DNA of 24,000 bases from Lachnospiraceae bacterium (lineage in GTDB: Bacteria; Bacillota; Clostridia; Lachnospirales; Lachnospiraceae), in contig JAILRA010000033.1 of the NCBI GenBank assembly GCA_024698715.1, forward strand, positions 104,980 to 128,979, given 5' to 3'. The first letter of the stretch is position 1, and every line of letters begins with the position of its first letter. The notes under the pieces were generated by a model. That model was not told where the DNA came from. It ran no database searches and saw nothing but the letters and a program-made list of their open reading frames with translations. Position numbers and translations under genes: made by a program. This document shows positions 8,190 to 15,223 of this stretch, one piece after another.

Positions 8190-9851
8190 TTAAACCTCTG
8201 TTATAATCGGTAAAATCATCGGTTTACGCTTAGTGTTCTTCCAGAAATAGTCGCTCAGAAAATCTCTTATGATATTCTTGCATCTGTGAATATCCGAAAT
8301 ATCTTTGGAATTCTTTGCCTCAAGATAATCTCTTAACTGAGCCTGTGCATTTCCGAGAAGTTCTTCTGATTCTTTTTCGTATACGAATCCTCTCGTAACT
8401 ATCTCCGGACCGGTATACAGTTCTCCCGAATAAGAGTCAAGCACAATGACCACTACCACAATGCCGTCTTCGGCAAGTTTCTGTCTGTCACGCAATACCA
8501 CGTTTCCGACATCGCCTACACCGAGTCCGTCCACAAATACCGCACCCGCTTCAACATTGCCTATGATCTCGGCCTTTTCCTTGTCAAGCTGAAGAACATT
8601 TCCGGATGAAAGGATGAATATGTTCTCACTGTCCATTCCAAGTTCTTTGGCCAGTTTGGCGTGTGCCTTAAGATGCTTGTATTCTCCGTGAACCGGAATT
8701 GCGTACTGAGGATTGGTCAGAGAATAAATAAGTTTTATCTCTTCACGGCATGCATGTCCTGATACATGGGTATCTTCGAATATCACATCGGCTCCGAGCA
8801 TTAAAAGATCGTTTATGACCTTTGTGATGGCCTTCTCGTTTCCGGGAATCGGATGAGATGAAAAGATAACCACGTCTTTGGAAGAGATCTTTACCTTCCT
8901 GTGAGTACCCATTGCCATACGACTCAATGCCGCCATGCTCTCTCCCTGACTTCCGGTTGTTATTAGAACCGTCTGTTCGGCAGGATAATCCTTTATGTTT
9001 TCTATATCTATCAGAGTGTCCTCGGGAATTGTGATCCTTTCCATTTTTCTGGCAACATCAATGATGTTTACCATACTTCTTCCCTCGACAACGACTTTAC
9101 GATTGTAACGCTGTGCGGAATTGAGGATCTGCTGCACTCTGTCGACATTCGATGCAAATGTAGCAACTATGATCCTGGAATCCTTATGCTCGTTAAATAT
9201 GATATCAAAAGTTCTTCCGACGGTTTTTTCGGAAGGAGTAAATCCTTCTCTTTCGGCATTCGTGGAATCACACATAAGTGCAAGCACGCCCTTGCTTCCA
9301 AGCTCGGCAAATCTTTCAAGATCGATCCTGTCACCGTACACGGGCGTATAATCAACCTTGAAATCTCCTGTATGGATTATAACTCCCGCCGGAGTATGGA
9401 TCGCCAGTGCGGCTGCATCCACGATGCTGTGATTGGTCTTAATGAATTCGACACCTATATTGCCGATCTTTACAATATCTCCGAAATGAACCGTATGTCT
9501 TTCAACCACATCGAGCAGTTCATGTTCTTTCAGTTTGTTTTCTATAAGTCCCTGTGTAAGCGTGGTAGCAAATACGGGAACATTGATCTTCTTTAAAATG
9601 TACGGAAGAGCACCGATATGATCTTCGTGACCGTGCGTTATCATAAATGCACGTACTTTTTCTTTATGCTCCTCCAGATAAGTAACATCCGGAATTACCA
9701 GATCGATACCGAACATATCGTCTTCCGGAAATCCGAGACCGCAGTCTATTACGATAATATCATCTTTATATTCGACAGCGGTTATATTAACTCCTATTCG
9801 TTCAAGTCCTCCGAGAGGAATGATACGAACGCTGTTTTCATTCTTTTTCAC
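8190..9851 (-). CDS. rnj: Ribonuclease J (beta-CASP metallo-beta-lactamase family)
   Basis: 553 aa with a GTG start preceded by AGGGAGATAAA. The N-terminus VRIIPLGGLERIGVNITAVEY and the HGHEDHIGALPY (HxHxDH) motif are present. Beta-CASP and C-terminal domains cover the full length. Confidence 0.93.
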   Translation of the reverse strand: MKKNENSVRIIPLGGLERIGVNITAVEYKDDIIVIDCGLGFPEDDMFGIDLVIPDVTYLEEHKEKVRAFMITHGHEDHIGALPYILKKINVPVFATTLTQGLIENKLKEHELLDVVERHTVHFGDIVKIGNIGVEFIKTNHSIVDAAALAIHTPAGVIIHTGDFKVDYTPVYGDRIDLERFAELGSKGVLALMCDSTNAEREGFTPSEKTVGRTFDIIFNEHKDSRIIVATFASNVDRVQQILNSAQRYNRKVVVEGRSMVNIIDVARKMERITIPEDTLIDIENIKDYPAEQTVLITTGSQGESMAALSRMAMGTHRKVKISSKDVVIFSSHPIPGNEKAITKVINDLLMLGADVIFEDTHVSGHACREEIKLIYSLTNPQYAIPVHGEYKHLKAHAKLAKELGMDSENIFILSSGNVLQLDKEKAEIIGNVEAGAVFVDGLGVGDVGNVVLRDRQKLAEDGIVVVVIVLDSYSGELYTGPEIVTRGFVYEKESEELLGNAQAQLRDYLEAKNSKDISDIHRCKNIIRDFLSDYFWKNTKRKPMILPIITEV

Positions 9852-9884
9852 TTTATCTCCCTGTCAGATGATCTGACCTAATGA

Positions 9885-10139
9885 TTATTCAAAAGATATA
9901 TCATCCATAAGATTTTCAAATATATCCGCAAGTGCTTTGAGTTCTTCATCATCGGATACGATTTCGTACAAAGCCTCCTCATCCTCGGTTTTGGAGACAT
10001 CTTTTAATATCAAAGCCTCGCTGTCGCCTTCTTCTTTGTCCGTCACGAGAATATAATTGATACCGGAAACGGTAGTCTGTTCCAGCACAAAAAATTCAAT
10101 TGGATTTTCATTATCCGGACTGAAAACTATTTTTTCCAT
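9885..10139 (-). CDS. DUF1292 family protein (YrzB-like)
   Basis: A small acidic protein, MEKIVFSPDNENPIEFFVLEQTTVSGINYILVTDKEEGDSEALILK..., typical of DUF1292. It sits downstream of ruvX as in Bacillus (yrrK-yrzB). An alternative TTG start at 10154 overlaps the ruvX stop (TTGA). Confidence 0.75.
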   Translation of the reverse strand: MEKIVFSPDNENPIEFFVLEQTTVSGINYILVTDKEEGDSEALILKDVSKTEDEEALYEIVSDDEELKALADIFENLMDDISFE

Positions 10140-10150
10140 ATAACCCCCGA

Positions 10151-10585
10151 TCAACTGTTTTTGTTATTGTCCATATAATTCTGAAGGATAATGGCGGCCG
10201 CGATCTTATCGACATATTTTTTCCTGTCGTATCCTTTAACATTCGCCTCGCTCATTATCTCATGCGCTTCGACAGTCGTAAGTCTTTCGTCCCAGAAAAT
10301 AACTTCAAGCCCCGTCCTTCTCTCAAGAGCTTCCTTGAATTCTCCGGTTTTTCTGACTCTGTCGCCTTCACTTGAATCCATATTAAGCGGAAGTCCAAGA
10401 ATTATCTTCGAAACATCGTATTCCGCTATCAGTTCTTCTATTCTTGCATAAGTTTTCCTGAGTTTGTCCTCACGTTCCCTCTCGATTATCTCCAAAGGCG
10501 AAGCTATGAGTCCGGTAGGATCGCTTAATGCGACACCGACGGTTTTGGACCCGAAATCAAGTCCCATCAGTCTTTCAGTCTTCAT
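10151..10585 (-). CDS. ruvX: Putative pre-16S rRNA nuclease / Holliday junction resolvase-like protein YqgF (RuvX)
   Basis: The sequence [17 protein letters not shown]...[18 protein letters not shown]...[13 protein letters not shown]...[14 protein letters not shown] matches YqgF/YrrK along its whole length. The start is uncertain among ATGs at 10585 (chosen, GAGGAA RBS), 10597 and 10567. It overlaps the ireB 3' end. Confidence 0.88.
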   Translation of the reverse strand: MKTERLMGLDFGSKTVGVALSDPTGLIASPLEIIEREREDKLRKTYARIEELIAEYDVSKIILGLPLNMDSSEGDRVRKTGEFKEALERRTGLEVIFWDERLTTVEAHEIMSEANVKGYDRKKYVDKIAAAIILQNYMDNNKNS

Positions 10586-10856
10586 CGGTTTCCTCATCCC
10601 ATGCATTCGAGAAAATATACTCGAGAAGCATCTCTTCGACAAGTTCGTCTCTTTCAACTTTCATGATAAGACTTCTTGCACCTTTATAACTGGTAATGTA
10701 TGTGGGGTCTCCGGACATGATATAACCTACAATCTGGTTGACCGGATTGTAGCCTTTTTCCCTGAGAGCCATGTAAACCTCTTTGATTATATTATTTACC
10801 GAATCTCTTTCATCCCATCCCACATTAAAGTATTGAGTTTCAGTAGATACAGCCAT
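10575..10856 (-). CDS. ireB: IreB family regulatory phosphoprotein (UPF0297, YrzL-like)
   Basis: [12 protein letters not shown]...[38 protein letters not shown] is the conserved UPF0297/IreB core. The RBS is GGGAGGAAACAAAC before ATG 10856. The position upstream of ruvX matches Bacillus. Confidence 0.88.
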   Translation of the reverse strand: MAVSTETQYFNVGWDERDSVNNIIKEVYMALREKGYNPVNQIVGYIMSGDPTYITSYKGARSLIMKVERDELVEEMLLEYIFSNAWDEETDED

Positions 10857-10924
10857 GTTTGTTTCCTCCCGATACAAAAAATGCTGATATTATTGTTTAT
10901 TCTGACATTTCATTGTATCATATT

Positions 10925-11362
10925 TTATTGATTTTTTGAAGTGTTCTGCAAATTATTGGGGCCAAAGCTTTTCGGAAGCAGATCTTTAAGCAGATACTCC
11001 TCATATTCGTCCTCGGATCTGACCACGAATACCCTGAAAGACTCTTCATCACAGAATTCTCTCATGACCTGCCTGCATACTCCGCAGGGGTACGCGAAGT
11101 CTTCAGGATCCTCATCTTTTACCCCGCCTGCGATCGCTATGGCGACAAAAGATTTTTCGTTTTCGGAAACCGCCTTAAAAAAAGCCGTTCTTTCCGCACA
11201 CACGGTAGCCCCGTAAGAAGCGTTCTCAATATTCGATCCCGTCACTATCCTTCCGTTTTCGCAAAGAAGCGCCGCTCCGACCGTATACCCCGAATAAGGT
11301 GCATACGAAAAATTTCTTGCTTCAAGTGCAACAATTCTCAGTTTTTTTAAAATATCTTCCAT
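10925..11362 (-). CDS. cdd: Cytidine deaminase
   Basis: 145 aa with the zinc-ligand motifs CAERTAFFKAV (C-A-E) and PCGVCRQVMREF (PCGxCRQ). The RBS is AGGAGGG. Confidence 0.93.
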   Translation of the reverse strand: MEDILKKLRIVALEARNFSYAPYSGYTVGAALLCENGRIVTGSNIENASYGATVCAERTAFFKAVSENEKSFVAIAIAGGVKDEDPEDFAYPCGVCRQVMREFCDEESFRVFVVRSEDEYEEYLLKDLLPKSFGPNNLQNTSKNQ

Positions 11363-11375
11363 AAACCCTCCTGTA

Positions 11376-12758
11376 TCATAAGCATTCTGCTAGTACGGTT
11401 TCATTGTTGATCAAGCTTTTAAGCCTTACACGGACTTTTTGACCGATAAAGTCATCGTTTAGTTTTTCTTTCTCTACAGCGGCAAATATATATTCCGGAG
11501 TATGCCCCACATAATATATCTTACCGTCCGTTTCTTTCGTCTCTTCAACAATGATATCCGTAGTCTCCCCGAGTTTGCTTTTTCTGAATTCGGCTGATTC
11601 TTTTTCATCCAGTTCCATCAGTCTCGAAACACGCTGCCTTTTGACGGCCTGTGTAAGCTGTCCGTCCATCCTGTCCGCAACGGTGCCTTTTCTTCTCGAA
11701 TACGGGAAAATATGTGTTTCGAAAAAACTTACCTTTTCAAGAAATCTGTATGTCTCTTCGAATTCTTCTTCGCTCTCGCCCGGAAAACCGGCTATAACAT
11801 CCGTGGTTATGGCACATCCCGGAAAGAATTTTCGCAAAAGAACAGTTTTTTCATAAAATTCATCGGTATTGTAATGTCTGTTCATTCTCTTTAATACCGC
11901 ATCACAGCCGGACTGAAGAGAAATATGAAAATGAGGACAGAGTTTTTTTATCCCGCTCAGTTTTTTTACAAAATCTTCCGACAGTATCATGGGTTCGAAT
12001 GAACCTATCCTGATCCTTTCAATACCTTCTATACGGGATACTTCTTCAATAAGCTCATACAGATGATCAGCACATGATCTTTCTTTTTCGTCCGATATGC
12101 CGTTATTTAATGCAAAATCCTTTCCGTATGAAGAAATATGTATTCCGGTCAGCACTACTTCCCTGTATCCGTTTAATGCGATCCCGTTTATCTCATCAAT
12201 AATGTCTTCTTTTTTCCTCGATCTGATATTTCCGCGGGTATATGGGATTATGCAGTACGAGCAGTATCTGTCGCAGCCGTCCTGTATCTTTACGAAAACC
12301 CTGCATCTTTCGGCACTTCCGAAAACCTTCATTTCCTCGTATTCGCAATGCCTTATGTCAGTGAGGGTTTCGCCGTCGAGATCCTTGGATAAGGCGGCAT
12401 TTTTCTTATCCTTTTCTTTTATGAAGCTTTCCAGTATCTCTGCTATTTCTTTTTTCTTGTTGTTTCCTACGATCAGGTCTATAGCCTCATCCCCTGCGAC
12501 TTCTTCGGGGTTAGCCTGAACGAGACATCCCACCGCCACAACTATGGAATCCGGATTGGTTTTTCTGGCTTTATGGAGCATCTGACGGCTTTTTCTGTCT
12601 GCGATATTCGTAACTGAGCATGTATTTACCACGTAAATGTCGGCTTTTTGTTCAAACTCTACAATTTTGAACCCTTTTTCGACACATTTTTGTACCATTA
12701 CATCCATCTCATACGAATTAACTTTGCATCCGAGGTTATGAAATGCTATTGTTTTCAT
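11376..12758 (-). CDS. mtaB: tRNA t6A37 methylthiotransferase MtaB (radical SAM MTTase, YqeV-like)
   Basis: The N-terminal UPF0004 domain is FHNLGCKVNSYEMD...YVVNTCSVT...VGC. The radical SAM motif is DGCDRYCSYCIIPYTRG, and a C-terminal TRAM-like region follows. 460 aa. Confidence 0.88.
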   Translation of the reverse strand: MKTIAFHNLGCKVNSYEMDVMVQKCVEKGFKIVEFEQKADIYVVNTCSVTNIADRKSRQMLHKARKTNPDSIVVAVGCLVQANPEEVAGDEAIDLIVGNNKKKEIAEILESFIKEKDKKNAALSKDLDGETLTDIRHCEYEEMKVFGSAERCRVFVKIQDGCDRYCSYCIIPYTRGNIRSRKKEDIIDEINGIALNGYREVVLTGIHISSYGKDFALNNGISDEKERSCADHLYELIEEVSRIEGIERIRIGSFEPMILSEDFVKKLSGIKKLCPHFHISLQSGCDAVLKRMNRHYNTDEFYEKTVLLRKFFPGCAITTDVIAGFPGESEEEFEETYRFLEKVSFFETHIFPYSRRKGTVADRMDGQLTQAVKRQRVSRLMELDEKESAEFRKSKLGETTDIIVEETKETDGKIYYVGHTPEYIFAAVEKEKLNDDFIGQKVRVRLKSLINNETVLAECL

Positions 12759-12791
12759 TTTTAACTCCGTTATTTTTGTAACATTTTCGGA

Positions 12792-12820
12792 TTGACTTTT
12801 CGAAAGTAATACAATATTAT
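12792..12820 (+). promoter_or_regulatory. Sigma-A-type promoter for the HPr-like gene
   Basis: TTGACT (12792-12797), a 17-nt spacer, then TATTAT (12815-12820). A GGAGG RBS lies at 12857-12861 before ATG 12871. Confidence 0.55.
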
Positions 12821-12843
12821 AATTTCGTGATTGAAAATCACAA
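12816..12843 (-). promoter_or_regulatory. Candidate sigma-A promoter for mtaB
   Basis: On the minus strand, TTGTGA (12843-12838), a 16-nt spacer, then TATAAT (12821-12816). thiI upstream ends at a terminator, so mtaB needs its own promoter. Confidence 0.45.
12827..12841. promoter_or_regulatory. Perfect inverted repeat GTGATT-GAA-AATCAC (candidate operator)
   Basis: 6-bp arms with a 3-nt spacer. It begins about +1 of the plus-strand promoter and overlaps the -35 of the minus-strand mtaB promoter. Confidence 0.3.
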
Positions 12844-12870
12844 TGTTCAGTAAAAAGGAGGTTATTCTTT

Positions 12871-13101
12871 ATGAAGACAGTTACAATTTCTTTAAACTCA
12901 ATCGATAAGGTAAAAGCATTTGTAAATGATATTACTAAATTTGATTATGATTTCGACCTGGTATCAGGCAGATATGTTATTGATGCTAAATCAATCATGG
13001 GTATTTTCTCACTTGATTTATCCAAGAACATCGAGCTTAATATTCATGCCGAAAACGATTGCGAAGAAGTTCTCAAAGTTCTTGAGCCTTACATCGTTTA
13101 A
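12871..13101 (+). CDS. HPr-family (PTS phosphocarrier-like) small protein lacking the catalytic His15
   Basis: 76 aa. By-eye alignment to B. subtilis HPr matches GRYVIDAKSIMGIFSLDL with GKTVNLKSIMGVMSLGI, so the Ser46-equivalent is kept. The His15 region (SGIHARPA) aligns to NSIDKVKA, which has no His. Strong RBS, own promoter and own terminator. Confidence 0.65.
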   Translation: MKTVTISLNSIDKVKAFVNDITKFDYDFDLVSGRYVIDAKSIMGIFSLDLSKNIELNIHAENDCEEVLKVLEPYIV

Positions 13102-13129
13102 TCGAAATAATCAACAGTTGTTGAGTTTA

Positions 13130-13159
13130 AAGCAATGCAGTTTACTGTGTTGCTTTTTT
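13130..13159 (+). terminator. Rho-independent terminator of the HPr-like gene
   Basis: The stem AAGCAATGCAG pairs with CTGTGTTGCTT (two G-U pairs, 4-nt loop), followed by TTTTTT. Confidence 0.65.
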
Positions 13160-13170
13160 ATTAAAAACAT

Positions 13171-13202
13171 AAACGGTATCGCATTCACGATACCGTTTTT
13201 TC
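13171..13202. terminator. Bidirectional rho-independent terminator (ends thiI on the minus strand)
   Basis: A perfect stem AAACGGTATC / GATACCGTTT with an 8-nt loop. T-runs are present on both strands. It lies immediately after the thiI stop (13203). Confidence 0.75.
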
Positions 13203-14381
13203 TTAACGAATATCTATTATTTCTCTTTCTTCCACAGCCTTTTTAAACATCTCTTCAATACAATCGTCAAGATTATGCTCATGCTTTTCGATAACGGACG
13301 GAACAGGCTTTGTCACCGGATGTTCAGCCACAAATATCGTACAGCAGTCTTCATACGGCAGAACGCTTGTATCGTATGTTTTGATCTTTTCCGCAATATC
13401 CACGATATCCTGCTTGTCAAACGCGATCAACGGTCTGTATACGGGCAGCGTACAAACTTCGTTCGTACACATTAATGACTGCATTGTCTGACTTGCAACC
13501 TGTCCGATGCTCTCTCCCGTCACAAGACCCATGCATCCGCTCTCTGATGCCAGTTTTTCGGCGATCCTCATCATATAACGTCTCATAATGATCGTAAGTT
13601 CATCGGGAGGACATTTCTGATAGATTGCCATCTGTATCTCAGTAAAATTGATCACATGAAGTTTAATGGAACCTGTATAAGCGGATACGATCTTTGCAAG
13701 ATCTATAACTTTTTCTTTTGCTCTTTCCGATGTGTAAGGAGGAGCATGGAAATATACCGCATCAATCTGTACTCCGCGCTTTGAGATCATATACGCTGCT
13801 ACGGGTGAATCCAAACCGCCTGACAAAAGAACCATGGCTTTTCCTGCCGTTCCTACGGGCATTCCGCCGGGCCCGGGAATGGATTTGGAATAAACATATA
13901 TTTTTTCCCTGACTTCCACCGTAATGAGTACATCGGGTTTATGAACATCAACCTTAAGATTGGGATAATTCTCGAGTAGAACTTCTCCGAGACTGCAGTT
14001 CATTTCCTGTGAATTGAGCGGATAGTTTTTTCTTGCTCTCTTGCAGAGCATCTTGAATGTAAAATCCGCCTCGGGATGAATTTCTTTTACATACTTAACT
14101 ATCTGTTCCTTCAGATCGTCGAATCCGTTATCCTCAAGAACTCTTACGGGACATATGGCCGTGATTCCGAACACTTTTTTAAGCGCATCGATCAGTTCGG
14201 TCTCGTCGTAATCGCCCTTGCACTCGACATATATCCTCGACAGATATTTATGAACTTTAAAATTGCCGTCAACCTTCTCAACGGCTTCGGTAACTCTTCT
14301 TACAAGTGCATCTTCAAATATAAATCTGTTTTTGCCCTTTAAGAATATCTCACCGTATTTGATCAAATATGTTTTAACCAT
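13203..14381 (-). CDS. thiI: tRNA uracil 4-sulfurtransferase ThiI (s4U8 synthesis; short form without a rhodanese domain)
   Basis: The N-terminus is YLIKYGEIFLKGKNR, followed by a THUMP region and the PP-loop LLSGGLDSPVAAYMISKRG. 392 aa. Confidence 0.93.
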   Translation of the reverse strand: MVKTYLIKYGEIFLKGKNRFIFEDALVRRVTEAVEKVDGNFKVHKYLSRIYVECKGDYDETELIDALKKVFGITAICPVRVLEDNGFDDLKEQIVKYVKEIHPEADFTFKMLCKRARKNYPLNSQEMNCSLGEVLLENYPNLKVDVHKPDVLITVEVREKIYVYSKSIPGPGGMPVGTAGKAMVLLSGGLDSPVAAYMISKRGVQIDAVYFHAPPYTSERAKEKVIDLAKIVSAYTGSIKLHVINFTEIQMAIYQKCPPDELTIIMRRYMMRIAEKLASESGCMGLVTGESIGQVASQTMQSLMCTNEVCTLPVYRPLIAFDKQDIVDIAEKIKTYDTSVLPYEDCCTIFVAEHPVTKPVPSVIEKHEHNLDDCIEEMFKKAVEEREIIDIR

Positions 14382-14438
14382 TTTGCAAAATACATCCGTA
14401 ATAATCTGTATTATCTTCCGAAAAATATCTTCGGGATC

Positions 14439-15149
14439 TTACTGTTCGTATTCTATGAATACCTTCTTGACATCAGTATACTGAAGCTGACTGATTGGAA
14501 TCTCTATTCCGTTTTTAGTCAGGAATCTGTATCTGGCTATGTCCTTTACTTCGGACAGATTGATGATATACGATCTGTGACATCTGACGAATCTGTTGGC
14601 GGGAACTTTGTTTTCCATATCCGAGAACTTGGCATGAACGCATATGGTTTCGGCCTTGGTCACTACATATGTATCCCTTCCCATACTTTCAAGAAAGATT
14701 ATATCGTCCAGATTGACTTTATAGAATCTGTCGGCAACCTGGAATGAAAGATATTCGTTAGCCTTCGAGAGCGATTTGGCATATGCTTCAAGCAAAGCTT
14801 CTTTAAGTTTGTCTATCTGAACGGGTTTCTGAATATACCTTAATGCATTGACTCTGTATCCGTCCAATGCATATTCCGCTGTTGACGAAATAAAAACAAT
14901 CGGAAGTTTATCCCCGAGTCTTCTTATTTCTTCAGCAGCTTCTATACCGTTCATTCCGACGGCAAGAATATCGGAAAGAAGAAGATCGAAATCGGCATTT
15001 TCATCCAATACTCCTTTGATCATGGAAACCATGTCTTCGAATGTGGTTATCTCATAATCGATCCTTTCCTCTTCGAGTATCTGCTCCGTTAATGCTTTGT
15101 TAATCATCAGTGACGTCATTTCATCGTCACAAATCGCAATTTTGAACAT
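14439..15149 (-). CDS. LytTR-family response regulator (REC + LytTR DNA-binding domain)
   Basis: The N-terminal receiver is MFKIAICDDE...DLLLSDILAVGMNGIE...IVFISS. The C-terminal LytTR signature is ...DIIFLESMGRDTYVVT...FVRCHRSYIINLSEV. 236 aa. Confidence 0.9.
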   Translation of the reverse strand: MFKIAICDDEMTSLMINKALTEQILEEERIDYEITTFEDMVSMIKGVLDENADFDLLLSDILAVGMNGIEAAEEIRRLGDKLPIVFISSTAEYALDGYRVNALRYIQKPVQIDKLKEALLEAYAKSLSKANEYLSFQVADRFYKVNLDDIIFLESMGRDTYVVTKAETICVHAKFSDMENKVPANRFVRCHRSYIINLSEVKDIARYRFLTKNGIEIPISQLQYTDVKKVFIEYEQ

Positions 15150-15184
15150 AATATCCCCCTAAAAATGCTTTGACACCTCAAAAA

Positions 15185-15213
15185 ATTATACTAAAAAATT
15201 CGCATTTTGACAA
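15185..15213 (-). promoter_or_regulatory. Near-consensus sigma-A promoter in the HK-RR intergenic region, driving the response regulator
   Basis: On the minus strand, TTGTCA (15213-15208), a 17-nt spacer, then TATAAT (15190-15185). A GGGGGA RBS precedes ATG 15149. Confidence 0.6.
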
Positions 15214-15223
15214 TTAAATCATT

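Noticed and set aside
13111-13124. The palindrome TCAACA-gt-TGTTGA just after the HPr-like stop codon.
   Set aside because: It is short, AT-rich and located between a stop codon and a clear terminator. Nothing suggests a function beyond chance or part of the terminator context.
15169-15212. Two direct copies of TGTCAAA (minus strand) around the RR promoter, considered as possible LytTR autoregulatory boxes.
   Set aside because: The copies are 37 nt apart, and one is simply the -35 hexamer. Characterised LytTR sites are ~9-bp repeats spaced about 12-13 bp apart. A 7-mer repeat in AT-rich DNA is weak evidence.
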